Part shown: positions 18,999 through 51,161 of the stretch, in pieces
Position numbering within the stretch: the first letter of the stretch is position 1
Layout of the letters: the number at the start of each line of letters is the position of its first letter
From: the human T2T-CHM13v2.0 reference genome, Homo sapiens
Direction: 5' to 3' (one strand)
DNA length: 64,000 nt
NCBI RefSeq assembly: GCF_009914755.1
Contig: NC_060928.1
Notes under the pieces: generated by a model
Database searches by the model: none
What the model was told of the DNA's origin: nothing
Seen by the model: the letters and a program-made list of their open reading frames with translations, nothing else
Position numbers and translations under genes: made by a program

Positions 18999-19568
18999 TA
19001 ATTTCTTTTGCATGGTTGCTTTCACCAGTAAGTGGTCCAGAATACAAAATATGGTAACAGAGAACTGTTTTCATACTTATTCCTTGGTACAGTTATTAAA
19101 AATAAAAACTCGCATTTTAGGATTAGGGAAGTCTGGAAAAAAATTTTTTTAAACTTGGAGATCACATATTGAATAGCTGTCAAAATTCAAACTGACTAGT
19201 TTTGAAGAACTTCAAAAACGTGTTCAAATGAATAAAGAACAAAAATGATCAAAAGAAACCCATAGCTGCCTAAGAGTCTTAAAAATTATTAATGTGACAC
19301 TCTCATCTCTCATCAAGTGTATCCAAACCACTTCTCATTTGCTCTTTCCATTTAAAGACTCACAGTAGCTTCACTACACATATATTTATACTGAACATGT
19401 ACAGCGGAACATAAATATGATGAGCATTTATGAAAAAACTACTATCTAAGTGGTTTACACTGACTTGTGCGCTGATCTAGTGAGTTAGGAGACCTTTTTG
19501 ATCTTATCAGTTTCTTGACATGCTCAGTGAAAAACTGTTGCACAGAAACTCTAAGTCCCAGCTGGTAA

Positions 19569-35557
<15,989 letters not shown>

Positions 35558-35645
35558 AACTCAGCTCCAAAGGACTCAGTGATGAGGGAAAGGTCAATGG
35601 AACAATAATGGAATGTCTTCAAGAAAAATGATGCAAGTCACAGGG

Positions 35646-35699
35646 GACAGAGGGAGAGAGGGGCAGAGGAGGAGAGGGAGAGAGACAGAGAGAGAGAGA
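35646..35699. repeat. GA-rich simple repeat just upstream of the exon 2 acceptor
   Basis: gagggagagaggg...gagagagagac; CU-rich in the pre-mRNA. Confidence 0.8.
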
Positions 35700-35924
35700 C
35701 CATCAGAAATTTTGAATATAACTGATATGTCATCAAATATTACCAAAAATGAAGCTCATAAAGGATTTGACAGAAAATACATATATTTATGTTATATATT
35801 GGGTAGGCATCCAGTAGCCTGCTTCTAAGAACAGTGGATCAAAAATGAATCGATTTTCCTACCGCATTCACAGCATTTAAATTCTATAAAAATTTAACAG
35901 TGTGCACATACACAGAACATGTAT

Positions 35925-36065
35925 CTCTTAAACTTGAACCTGCAATCACTTGTTAAAATGCATGTTCTGACCCAGTGGCTATGGGGTGGAGTCACTCTGC
36001 ATTTCTAACCAACACCCTGGTGATACAGAAGCTGCTGGTCCCCAAGTTACACTTCTAGTAGCAAG
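35925..36065. mobile_element. MER5-like DNA transposon relic
   Basis: cttgttaaaatgcatgttctg...tctgcatttctaaccaacaccctggtgatacagaagctgctggtcc. Confidence 0.6.
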
Positions 36066-37084
36066 AACACAGAATACAGGTATAAATAAATATACTTCCC
36101 TTCATTAACTCTATTGCTTTAAAGAAAAGGTAGGGATAAATATTAACAATAGCAACAAAGTCTCTTCAGGAAAAAATAACAGGCTAATAGAATACTTAAA
36201 ATAGTTCTGTTTCCAAAGAATGGCCAAGTTTTAACAAAAACATAATCTAGGATAAATCTAAGTTTTATTTTAACATTTCTTAACCTACTAAGCTTTACAT
36301 ACTATATTACTATGGTAAATATAAATTGGTGTGCAAACACCCCAGAGGCACAAAGATAAGCCAGTTTTGATGCTCCCCATCCTAGCAGACTCTCTCACTA
36401 GGAGGGTATGTGGGTATGATCTCAGGAACCTGGCAGCACTGCATTTGTGACAAGCAGCCCTGATTTCTGAACGAGTGATCTATATATTTACATTCACAGC
36501 TGCAGCTCTCCTTTCCCCAACCCTAACAACCCAACGACACTTGAGACTACACTTCTTTGAAACGATTACTTTACACCCCCATTTCTGGACTCCACCCTGA
36601 AACTCAATCCTAAAACCTCTCTTGGCATTACAGGGTGTTACCCAGGGGAACTCCTACCCCACTGCAGGTAGAGCTGTTTCTGGGAATTTTCCACACAAAT
36701 AAAAAATTTGTCTCCATAGGATTTTGTTCTATTACTTTATTCTTTTAAAATCAACTTGAAAAGATGGCAGAATACTAAGGTTTGATGATGTTGGTGGATG
36801 GTCTACAGATAGTATATTATTCTCAATCGTATGTTTAAATTATTTCACAATAAAAAATGAACTTGAAAAAATGTATCTTTCCAAAAGGTATAAACATACA
36901 CAAATGAAACCCAGCTTGAGTGCAGTTATGAGAAAATGCACTACAGATTTCAAACAATTACTTTCCAATGAATTTTTGGAAATCAGTCTAGCTATGTATA
37001 GGGAAGGCCATTACTTCTTTCGGTGGGTAAAACAGTCAAAAGAAAGAATGAGGTTCCAAAGAACATCCTTAGGTGTTTATTTGT

Positions 37085-37230
<146 letters not shown>

Positions 37231-37326
37231 TAAGCAATTAAAAAAAATATGAGCTCTGCTGTCACAGAATTTAGAATAAAGATGGCCACCAAAACAAGTA
37301 ATGTATCATCAAAGACTTAGGAAGTC

Positions 37327-37354
37327 ATCCCTTCTTGGCCTTTTGGCCAAGATC
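37327..37354 (+). pseudogene. U2 snRNA 5' fragment
   Basis: atcccttcttggccttttggccaagatc matches U2 nt 1-28 (ATCGCTTCTCGGCCTTTTGGCTAAGATC) at 25/28. Confidence 0.75.
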
Positions 37355-37456
37355 CTGCATAGAAGGCTGAAATTCATTTCTTCGTAAGACAACATTGTTG
37401 GGGGGTTGGAGAGTGGCAGAGACACAGCATCTCTGGTTATCAAAGAGAATTAACAT

Positions 37457-37855
37457 GGCCGGACCCGGTGGCTCACACTTGTAATCCCAGCACTTTGAGA
37501 GGCCGAGGTAGGCAAATCACTTGAGGCCAAGAGTTGGAGACCAGTGGGCAACTTTGCAAAACCCTGTCTCCACTAAAAATACAAAAATTAGTCAGGCGTG
37601 GTTCCGCATGCCTGTAGTTCCAGCTACTAAGGGGGCTGAGGTGGGAGGACTGCTTGAGCCCAGGAGTTTGAGACTACCCTGGGCAACATGGTGAAACCCT
37701 GTCTCTACAAAAAGTACAAAAATGAGGTGGACAGATTGCTTGAGCCTGGGAGGCAGAGGCTGCAGTGAGCTAAGATCACACCACTGCACTCCAGCCTGAG
37801 CAATGGAGCAAGACATTGTCTATTTAAAAAAAGAGAGAGAGAGCGAGAGAGAGAA
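37457..37855 (+). mobile_element. Composite Alu with (GA)n tail
   Basis: Three monomer-like segments; TSD agagaa.taaca. Confidence 0.88.
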
Positions 37856-40008
37856 ATAACACATTCCATTGCAAGAGATGTTTGTTCTTTTGCTTCTAAT
37901 TGAGAGTTAGATTTTATTCAGCAACAATTATGGATTCAAGCCAGCAATGGTGTGTTAAAAAAAATTTAAAAACCCAATTATGTTAATTATAGGTGATGAA
38001 TTGAGACTTCAAACTACAATACAATCTACCAGGTAATGGAAGTACTAATTATTTGGAGATAATTCCCAAAGCAGCTTTATATCATATAGAAAAAAAAAAG
38101 AACTTTAAAGAAATACAATTATTAGAAAATATTTGTATTTGAAGAGTTAACTTGAGATTAGCAAAATACTATTCTTTTGGCTTCGGTCTGAAAGTATATA
38201 TGCCATATTCAGCCTTGAGCTACTTTGCAGTCATGCACCTACTTTAAATCAGAGTTCTGGAATTACAAATAAATAAATATTGAAGTTTTTCTGCAACTGT
38301 TCTAGTATATTCTTGCCGTTTTATCTCCTCTTTATCCTCCCCCCAATTTTTTTTTAAATAATAAAATAGAACTGCATTCTCACAGAGAACAAATATCCAC
38401 TGGAAACATTTTTAAGAAATGAGATAAAATGCAAATTGAGCAGTTTCTGTAAGGCTAAAAACCTGCGTATTTTAAAATCAATCATCAACCTGGCATCCTT
38501 CCTCGTGTATTGTTTCTATAATCATCTCAGAAAGCAGGCAGTCATAGGAAACCACCTACTTTAAGGCATATTATTGGCAGAGATGAAATGTGACCCAGAT
38601 ATATAGCTAGTTTATAAAAAACAAACAAACAAACAGGTCGGCATCGCTTAGGTAAACGAGATGTTACGAACTGGCTCCATGTCCTTTTCCATCTGCAATG
38701 TAACTAAATCATATCAATCCCCTCCATATTCCCTAAGAAACAATTCAAAGGCAGCTGGAGTTCCCAAAGTAAATAACAACTTTGAATTAAACCTGCACAT
38801 TAAGAAAAGTTTCCTCCTCCAGAACTCCACAATTGGGATCTGCCATCATAGACCCCACAGCTCTGCCAATGCCCATGGGAATGACTATGCTTTGACCAGC
38901 AAGGCAAGGGGAGTAGAACTTGTGATGTGAAAAACAAAAACCTTAAGGAAAAAAAAAAAGCAATCAGTGTTCTCTAAACAAAAAGAGTGGAGAACAAACT
39001 AGCAAACACCTAAGGATTGTCTTTTGTCAGTTCAGCAATTAAAAATTGGGATGAGTTCATTATTCCACAAACTAAGAGAGAGAAGGAATCTTTTTAAGTA
39101 AGCAGGGGAGATTTAGGTCAATTTTTTGATCGGAAAACATGGCTAGTTTATTTTTATAAACCATTTTAACATTATATTCAATCTTTGGAAGTCAAGTCAT
39201 CCAAAAGGAAAGCACTTTCTCTGGCAGGAAGGTGCACTGGATTTGAGTTAAACTGTTCTTGTATGTTAAAAGCAGGTCAAAAGGGCAGTTTAAGCACATG
39301 CCAAAATTATTCAGGAGTTCTAAAGTTCTGAAACCTGCTTAGATTTTATCCCTCTAGAAAAAATATTTTAAGAAAGCATTCCTATCTGCCCATTATGAAG
39401 TGGCATTTAGGTATCTACAACTTCCACAATGAGAACACAGCCCTTTTAAATATTCTTAAACCAAATATTTACCTATCGACCTTTTTAGAAAATCAGTTAA
39501 GGCATCCCAGTAAATTCAAATAGTATGGAAATTTCCAGAATGTATTTCAGCTAATTGGGACCCCAATACCTTCTTTCTCAATACCCTGCTAGGAGGAAGG
39601 GAAAGAAAATTTACTGCTTTACCTGAGGGGAAAAAAGAAAACAACAATAAAAACTCCAAAGGACTCCCCTTAGGTTTAATGTGAATATGTCTATGTTCAG
39701 ATGTGTGACTGGAGAAAAGTGTGAAATGTGAGCAGTGAAAAGTACTCAGTATTCTATTCCCATAGATATCTTTTAAGACACGTTAGTAAATATGCATACA
39801 AGCCACAGACTATATCCCAAACCTGTAACTTTATAATGCCTTTAAGAACTTTCCTTCACAGTCTATTATGTCACCAGCCACTCTCCTCTCTTCTTTCCTC
39901 GTCTCTAAGGATTGCAGTCAAGGAATTTGCCTGGGTGATCAGTAGTAATGACTAAGGTTGCAAGAAAAAATTATTAGCGAGAACTCACTACTCAAATATT
40001 GTAACTAA

Positions 40009-41950
<1,942 letters not shown>

Positions 41951-42064
41951 GCTTAGGCTTAGAGTTTGAAAGGCATCTGATTTCACTGCCATGTCTTTGA
42001 ACAGCAGTGCACAGTGCAGTCTTCTTCGTGGCTGAACAGGTATCTTGTGATCTTTCGGGAATGT

Positions 42065-42800
42065 CTATTAATTCATTAAACAAGTATTTCTGTGTTTATT
42101 GAAGGACGTCTTGTATGCTATACATTTGCTAGGCACTGGGGATACGCCCCTAACACAGCTAGACACGATAGCTGCCCTCATAGAATTTTCAGTCTAACAA
42201 AGAAGAGGGAGAAAACCAACAAGTAAGCAAGCACATAGAATAGTAATTAATCATGTCAAGGAAAGAAATAGGCATGGTGTGGACACTGGAGGATAACTTC
42301 AGATAAGATTGTTATATGAGAACTTTATAAGATGGCATTTAAACCATCAGTCATTCAGCCATGGAACCAATAAAATGATGAATTGTTTTGGGCAGAGGGG
42401 ACAGCAGACAAAGGTCTCTCGGTGAGACAGCCCGGCGTTTTGGAAGAACAGAAAGAAAGCCAAAGTGTCTCCAGCATATTGAGGGAGGGAAAGAACAGCA
42501 TGATGTGAGAGAGATGAGGCAGACAGGGGCTTGGAGTTGGCATTACATTTTAAATTTAATGGGCTTCTATTGAGGCATTCGGAAAAAAGAAGTGAAAGGG
42601 TCTGGGTTTAGACTTTACATCACTTTGGTTAGTGTGCAAAGAACAGTTAAAATAAGCTATTGGGAAACTGATTAGGAGATGATGACAGATGAAATTTAAG
42701 GTGGAAGATGACTTTGATTAAACTATGACAATATCACTGAAGGGAGAGAAGAGCAGAGAGATTAGAGATTTTAAAGATAAATAATTAACTTGATTTGGCA
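42065..42800 (-). mobile_element. L2 fragment
   Basis: attcattaaacaagtattt...ctaggcactggggatac...ctgccctcatagaattttcagtcta. Confidence 0.7.
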
Positions 42801-42954
42801 TTTTAGTTATTCTAGGCCAGGGACAACTGTTTTGAATCCAGTGCATTTAATAACCAGGTTAGAGAGTGACTCTCATATTGACGGCTCACAAATTATAGTA
42901 ATAACCTTGAGTAATATTATGTTGAGTTGATGTCTTTTCATAGACTTCCTGGAT

Positions 42955-42980
42955 TTTTTTTTCTTTTGTCTTTCTTTCTT

Positions 42981-43014
<34 letters not shown>

Positions 43015-43292
43015 AGACAGGGTTTTACTCCTGCCCAGGCTGGAGTGCAGTGGCGCTATCTGAGCTCACTGAAACCTCTGCTTCCCAGGCTCAAGTGATC
43101 CTCCCACTTCAGCCTCCCAAGTAGCTGTGACTACAGGCACGCTCAACCATACACAGCTAATGTTTATATTTTTTGTAGAGATGGGGCTTCCCCATGTTGC
43201 CCAGGCTGGTCTTGAACTCCTGAACTCAAGCAATCCACCCACCTCAGCCTCCCAAAGTGCTGGGATTACAGGCATGAGCCACTGTACCTGGC
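42955..43292 (-). mobile_element. AluJ-like
   Basis: Long T tail, Alu consensus. Confidence 0.92.
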
Positions 43293-43309
43293 GTGGAATT
43301 TAAAAAAAT

Positions 43310-43785
43310 AATAATTTTATTGAAACATGTGTCTTAAAAAGTGCACATATCCTAAGTGTAGACAGCTCAATGAATTTTCACAGTCTGCAGACACCTTTGT
43401 ATCCAGCACCCAGATCAAGGAACAAAACATTATTAATACCTGGGAACCCCATCAACCTGCCTTCCAGGCACTGCCTTCTTCCAAGGGGAGTTTCTATGCT
43501 GACTTTCAACAGCATAGGTAGTTTTGCCTATCTTTATACTTGTTATATATAAAGCCATAAAGTATGTGTTCTTTTGTTTCTGGCTACTTGGACTCAACAT
43601 TACACTTGTGAGATTCTTCCATATTGTTGTATGCAGTTGTAGATCATTCATTTTGTTTTCCATTCTGTGGATATACTGTAATTTATGAATTCATTCTTCT
43701 GATGGACATTAGGGCAGTTTGCCATTTAGAGCCATTATAGATAGTGCTACTATGAGCATTCTACTACATATCTGTTGGTGATGGC
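43310..43785 (-). mobile_element. L1M 3' fragment
   Basis: aagtgcacatatcctaagtgtagacagctcaatgaattttcac...gtgagattcttccatattgttgtatgcag. Confidence 0.75.
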
Positions 43786-44308
43786 TTTCATTTGATGGAG
43801 TATTTTGGTAGCTAAGTTACTATTAAGTTTTTAAAAATCTGCTCATCAATAATGTAGTATCATGTGTTGCAATATCTCAATCATTTGGATCAAAATTTGG
43901 TGCAGATAATGAGGACTTTGCTTTCACAAATGTGAAAAATTTTGGTAACAAGAAAGATGTGGGAAATTTTAAGCTTGGAAGTGTAAAATATTTTGAATTG
44001 TCCTGGAGTTTTGACCTTTTTTATAACCACTTGCATGCCCAGCATCTGAGAACATCATGACTTTGCTAAATCCTTGTACCAAAACAGACTGGAATCCAGA
44101 GTCACATGATAAGCAAAGCCACTTAGGCTGTTCTGAAGAATATCTTTGATACTAAAACAGTCCTTGAAATTGCCTTTGAAAATCACACCATTTCACACTC
44201 TACCACAGCTCATTAAAATTAAAGCCAGCAGTTTACTTCTTTTGAATTATATGCTTCTGGGTTTTGAATCTCTGAAGCATAGCTAAATACACCACAAAAA
44301 TAATTCAT

Positions 44309-44956
<648 letters not shown>

Positions 44957-45104
44957 TCATTATTTGGTATTTGACAAAAAATTAAAAAATGGAAAAGAAT
45001 TCACCACAGAGGCTGACTTGGCATGACAGATCACTGCACAATGTACAAAATAATCAAGGGGATATGGCACTCCGTACATTCATTAAGTTGAGCTACTTCT
45101 TTAT

Positions 45105-45296
45105 TCAGTTTATATTTTATTTTATTTACTTATTTTTTTTTAGAGACAGGGTCTCCCTGTGTTTCCCAGGCTGGATTGCAGGGACTATTCACAAATGTGA
45201 TAATAGTGCACTATAGCCTTGAATTCCTGGGCTCAAATGATTCTCCCGCCTCACTGGAGTAGCTAGGACTACAGGCATGCACCATTGTGCCCAGCT
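45105..45296 (-). mobile_element. Alu right-arm fragment (FRAM/FAM-like)
   Basis: Diverged monomer. Confidence 0.75.
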
Positions 45297-45660
45297 CAGT
45301 TTATATTTTAAAGAATTGGACCATCTGCTGAAAACCACTGGCTATCAGAAAATTACACCCAAAACAATTCACAGGGCTTTGGGTGGGTGGGTGGTATGTA
45401 TAATTGCAGAATTATTAATATTCACTAATGAATCATTTGTTGTTAAAATTAGATATGGACATTTTTGTATACTCAGAATCAGCAGTTTTCTAGAAAAGTA
45501 TCTGTAGGCTACTTTTGGCCTCATGCCTAAAACATGGGCCTGGGATACTAGGATGTATTTTTTCCACAGTTCAGGCTGCTCTGTCCTGAATTGCTAGCCC
45601 AGATGTCCCTTCTCTGTGTTACCAAGATAATTGCCAAAACACTGACATAGAGAATTTTTA

Positions 45661-45970
45661 GGTCTGTTGCAGTGGCTCATCCCTGTAATCCCACCACTTT
45701 TGGAGGCCAAGGCAGGAAGACAGCTTGAGGCCAGGAATTCGAGACCAGCCTGGGCAAGATAGTGAGACCCCTGTTCTACAAAAAAAAAAAAAAAGATTAG
45801 CCAGACATGGTGATGTATGCCTGTAGTCCCAACTACTTGAGAGGCTGAGGTGGAAGGATTACTTGATCCCAGGCGTTTGGGGTTGCAGTGAGCTATGAAC
45901 ATGCCACTGCACTCCAGCCTGGGCAACAAAGCAAGACCTTGTCTCTTTAAAAAAAAAAAAGAAAAGAAAA
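45661..45970 (+). mobile_element. AluJ-like
   Basis: TSD agagaattt. Confidence 0.92.
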
Positions 45971-46036
45971 GAGAGAGAGAGAATTTGAAATCTTGTCCTT
46001 GGATGCAATTAAACTTGCAGCAATGATTTTATTTTA

Positions 46037-46468
<432 letters not shown>

Positions 46469-46669
46469 CTATTATTCATTCTATTTGACCCTTATTCAAG
46501 CCTTTAATTGCATGTTTCCCATCAGAGCTGTTGTGAGAACAATCATATTTTGTAAATGTATTTTGTAAGAAAGGTTATACAAAATTGTGTTTTATTTAAA
46601 TCACAAAATGCTCAAAATCAAGGAAGCGAAATATGATAGTCATTATTAGCATTGTTTGCTAAATGTTTA

Positions 46670-46960
46670 CTGTTCTTCATCACCCAAGCCAGTAGTGCCA
46701 GGCGAAGGCAGGCATCTGTGACTTGTCCTGGTCAATGAATTGTGAGTGGAGGTGATGGGGTAATTTTTGAGTGAGCATTTCGTATCCCTGTGCAAGACCC
46801 TCCAAGGTTCACTCACCTCTGCCATTGCAACCAGCAATGTTCCAGAGAATGGCTGCTCCCTGAATGACTCCAAGGAAGAGAATTCCACTGCAAGCCTATG
46901 ATAGCCATGGAACATGAACAAGAAACAAACCTTTGATGTAGTTTGTTACTGGATCTTAAC
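46670..46960 (+). mobile_element. MLT1-like MaLR LTR
   Basis: gtgacttgtcctggtcaatgaattgtgagtggaggtgatg...gaacaagaaacaaacctttg. Confidence 0.55.
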
Positions 46961-48959
46961 CTAACTTCATGTATCCTATCTCAACTGATAGAAATATTAA
47001 CCCTAACTTAAAATTAACTTAAAATTATTTACTTGAATTGTTCTTGGGGTAATTTTAGCCTAAGGGAAATTTTCATACATTTATTCAATAAATATTCATG
47101 AAGATCATACTATCTATCAGAAACTATGTTAGGCTGTGGACTCATGGCAATAAATGAACAATATAAACCTGGTCTCTGCTTTCATGAAAATTGGAAGGAA
47201 AATTTGAAGGTAGGCAACTATGTATGATGAATGCTACAAGTGAAAAAGTATAGTGTTATTCAGTGTGGTTGAATATTATACAAAGCTACCAAGAAACAAT
47301 GGAGAAAGAGAAAACAAGTTTCTAATTCAAGAAGTATCTTGAAAAGATAGAAAATATTCCTTATATTTGAATCCGAAGCCCTTCAGGGCTAACATTGCTT
47401 TTGACCCATGTGGGTCCTCAAGCAAATACCCAATTTCCTGTGCCTCTGTTTCATTATCTGTAAAACAGCACTAAATATAACCTGCCCTGGCTAACCTATA
47501 TAATCACTTCCAGAAATCAATTAGGTAGAGAACATAAGTGTCCCATAAAAATAAGCAGTGTTATTATTCTTTGAAGCTTTTACAGTGCATTGAAGAAGCC
47601 TATAAATATGTAGTTTAAAAAATTGAAAACCCTATAAAGCAACATACAAACACATTTAAATTAATGTTGTATCTTTCTAGCTGTGGGAAATGGTGCATAA
47701 TAACACAGTGAAAATTATACCTTGGATAATCTAAAAGTCAATGTTTATTGCCAAGTAATATCTGCTAATGCGCTATTAGAATATGGCTGAAACAGGCCAA
47801 AAATTCCCTTGTAATCCCTATAAAGAATATTCAATAAATATTTTTCTTGTCAGTGGAATGAAGTGAATGTATAAATAATTAGTTTTGTCCAAGCTGAACA
47901 ACAGAAAAATGCACGCAGTATTAAGAGAAACTGCCTTTGTCTTTGAAATCTGTAACACTGGAAGTGTGTATGCTTATATCCTATTGGAAATGATGTCCAG
48001 TTTTCTAAACTCATCGCTCTCTTCTGAGTCTCCTTTATATTAGAGTTTGGAATATCAAGGTAACATTGTAAGAGATGATGAAAAGCCTGTTTGTCACTGG
48101 TTGTCAAGCAACCAAATGCACGTACAAACACACCGCCTTATTTTGTACCGAGTGGGTGTAGGTGCTGAACTGCTTTTCTATTGGTCAGTTTCTCTTCCAA
48201 TGGCAGAAAAGAAAGTATTATTTTTCCAGCTAATTGACATACTCTGGGAAAGGAACCAGCTATGTTTCTTTCCCTAGCAGTGTTAGATATAGACTTTAAA
48301 CCAGGGCCAGTTTTATAAGTTATTGTGGCTTTGGGCAATCTAGATTTTATATGCAAAAATACTCCAGAAAAAGTTTAAAAATTCAAATTTTGTGCTATGA
48401 GAAATGTGCAAGAGAGATCTGTTTTCTTGAATATACTTTAATTAATATAAGGAAATAAGAATCCACAGTCATTCTGCCACAGTGAAACCAGGAAAGACCT
48501 TACCCAGGTCACAAATGACAGCAAAAATGATGTTTCCTAACCCCACCCTGTCTTCTCATAGACCATACGAAGTGATAGGAAGCTGGAATCTGGGAAGAAG
48601 GAGAATTACAGCAAAGGAAAAACGGGAAGGGGACCAAGAGAGGGACAGCAGGCTGCCCACATGAGGGACCTCTGTATGGCCTGAAATGTATTTCAATGTA
48701 AAGAGTAAAGGAAAAGATGCTCATTGCTCTTCCAGTAACAAACTGGATACCCCTGTATAATGCAAGGCTGTACTATTTTCTACCTGTTCTCTCTTTCCCT
48801 AGTTTCTCCCTCCTCCTAACGAATCCAACACCTTTTGATACTCTTTTCATCTTATGACATTATTTCACAAAGTTTCACTAGCTCCCCATTTCCAGTAGGG
48901 GAAAAAAAAGTCCTAAACTTCTGAGGCTGGTATTCAAACTCTTCCATGGGCTGTTCCTG

Positions 48960-49190
48960 CCATGGAGCAGGTAGAATTCCTGCTTCTTTGGGTGACTTAA
49001 GTCTTTTTCTCTTAGGGACTTCAACTGATTGGTTGAGGGCTACCCCCATATGGAGGATAATCTTCCAGATGAGGTCTACTGATTTAAATATTAGTCCCAT
49101 CTGAAAATACCTTCACAGCTAGACTGGCATTGGACAAAATATTAGAGAACCTCGGCCTAGCCAAATTGGCAAATAAAATTAACCATGACA
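48960..49190 (-). mobile_element. MLT2-like ERVL LTR 5' part
   Basis: cttcaactgattggttgagggctaccc...cctagccaaattggcaaataaaattaaccatgaca. Confidence 0.7.
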
Positions 49191-49194
49191 CTAA

Positions 49195-49440
49195 CCCTTA
49201 CAAATGCTTCCTCTGTCTAGGCACTGTTCTAAATGTTCTACATGTATCAACTCACTTAATCCTTACATTAGCCCTAAGAGAAGGGCCAGTGTTGTTATTG
49301 TCATCCCCATTTTACAGATGAGGCACAGAGAGAGAGGTTAAGTAACTTGCCTGAGGTCACACAGCTTGTAAATGATGGAGCCAGGATATGAATCCTTGCA
49401 GTTTGGCTCCACAGTTTATATTCCTAACTACTGTGCTATT
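49195..49440 (-). mobile_element. MIR
   Basis: ccccattttacagatgagg...ggttaagtaacttgcctgaggtcacacagc. Confidence 0.85.
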
Positions 49441-49775
49441 TACCTCTCAAAAATAGAAAATGAAAGCTGAACTGATTGATAGTTTATATGTTCTTCCTAT
49501 AAATGTCTTTGTTTGCCCACCATTAACCTCTATTCAATGTCAGTTTTTACAGAAACCTTACATATATCCACGCAATAGCCCTTTGATATAGATAGTACTA
49601 TCCCAATGTTACAGATGAGGAAATTTTGAGGCACAAAGTTAATGACGTGCCTTAGGCCATACAGTGGAACAGCAGGGATTTTCACCTAGGCCCCTTAGTC
49701 TCCAAGGTATATCGTCTTACTACATTTCCTCTCTGTACATAGTTCAGCGAGGTTAAACATTTTAAGGATGTTCTG

Positions 49776-49946
49776 GGCCAGGCGTGGTGGCTCAGTTCTG
49801 CAATCCAAGTGCTTTGGGAGGCGGCTGAGGCAGTAGGATCACTTGAGCCCAGAACTTAGAGTGTAGGGAGCTATGGTCGCACCACTGCACTCCAACCTGA
49901 GTGACAGAGTGAGACTCCCATCTCTTAAAAAAACAAACAAAAAAAA
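49776..49946 (+). mobile_element. Alu monomer
   Basis: TSD gatgttctg. Confidence 0.85.
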
Positions 49947-50151
49947 GATGTTCTGAATAATCTCTGTTTAAAACACATTAATTACTTTAACAAAAGTCAG
50001 ATTTCTGTTTTGATACATTCCACAAATGAAATACACTGTACATAAAGGATAAGTTTCTGACCATTTCTAGTACCAGGAAAGAATCAAGTAATGACATGTT
50101 ATTCAATAAGACTAGAACTTATATTAAGATTTTCTTTATTAATCTATTGTC

Positions 50152-50444
50152 TTTTTTTTTTGAGACTGAGTCTCACTCTATTCCCCAGGCTGGAGTGCGG
50201 TGGCATGATCTTGGCTCACTGCAACCTCTGCCTCCCGGGTTCAAGCCATTCTTAGGCCTCAGCCTCCTGAGTAGCTGAGATTACAAGCGTGCGCCACCAC
50301 GCCTGGCTAATTTTTGTATTTTTAGTAGAGACGGGGTTTCACCATTTTGGACAGGCTGGTCTCAAACTCCCGACCTCAAGTGATCCGACTGCCTCAGCCT
50401 CCCCAAGTGCTGGGATTACAGGCATGAGCCACGACGCCTGGCCT
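50152..50444 (-). mobile_element. AluS
   Basis: Full Alu. Confidence 0.93.
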
Positions 50445-50533
50445 ATTTTCTAAAAGAAAGAGAATGAGGAAAGGTGAACTGTCTTAATAATTGACTTCAG
50501 TCATCATTATAGCAGCCACAGTGGGTCCTGTGC

Positions 50534-50538
<5 letters not shown>

Positions 50539-50584
<46 letters not shown>
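50539..50584. repeat. (TA)~23 microsatellite
   Basis: Uninterrupted TA run. Confidence 0.97.
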
Positions 50585-50587
<3 letters not shown>

Positions 50588-51161
50588 ATATTTGCCATCT
50601 TAAAGGAATTTACAAATCTTAGTTGTACAGGTACTGAACATGAAAAATTATGAGATTTATTTGAGAAAATTTGAAAATATAACAAAACTGCTGAAAATAG
50701 GAATGGATAGATCAGAGCTGAAAGAGATCATAGACATACTAGTGTAGTCATTATTGAGAAACTAACATAGTTGCTCCCAGGAGGTGAGATCCATTACATA
50801 TTGTGGCATGGACAGCTAAATGTCTAATCTGATTTCCATTTTATGCTTCTTCCTTAGTAACAGAACCCCGATTCTTATGTAGGCACATTGCTGACCAAAA
50901 TATAAGGTTGTTTTATAACCTTTCCTATAATTAGTCTGGCTGTACTGCTAACTTCAGTGCTGATAAGGTGTAAGTAGATATATGTGAACTTCCAGAAAGC
51001 CGCAACACAAGGATGCAGGCATACCTTTCTGTCACTGCTGTCCTGGAACTTAAGAATCATCTTGGATCATGAAGTGACATAGTCGAGATGGCAGAGCAGT
51101 GCCATCTTCCTTCCAGGGAGGAAGCTGGGTCTCTGGTAAACATGGGGAACCACAATAGCCC

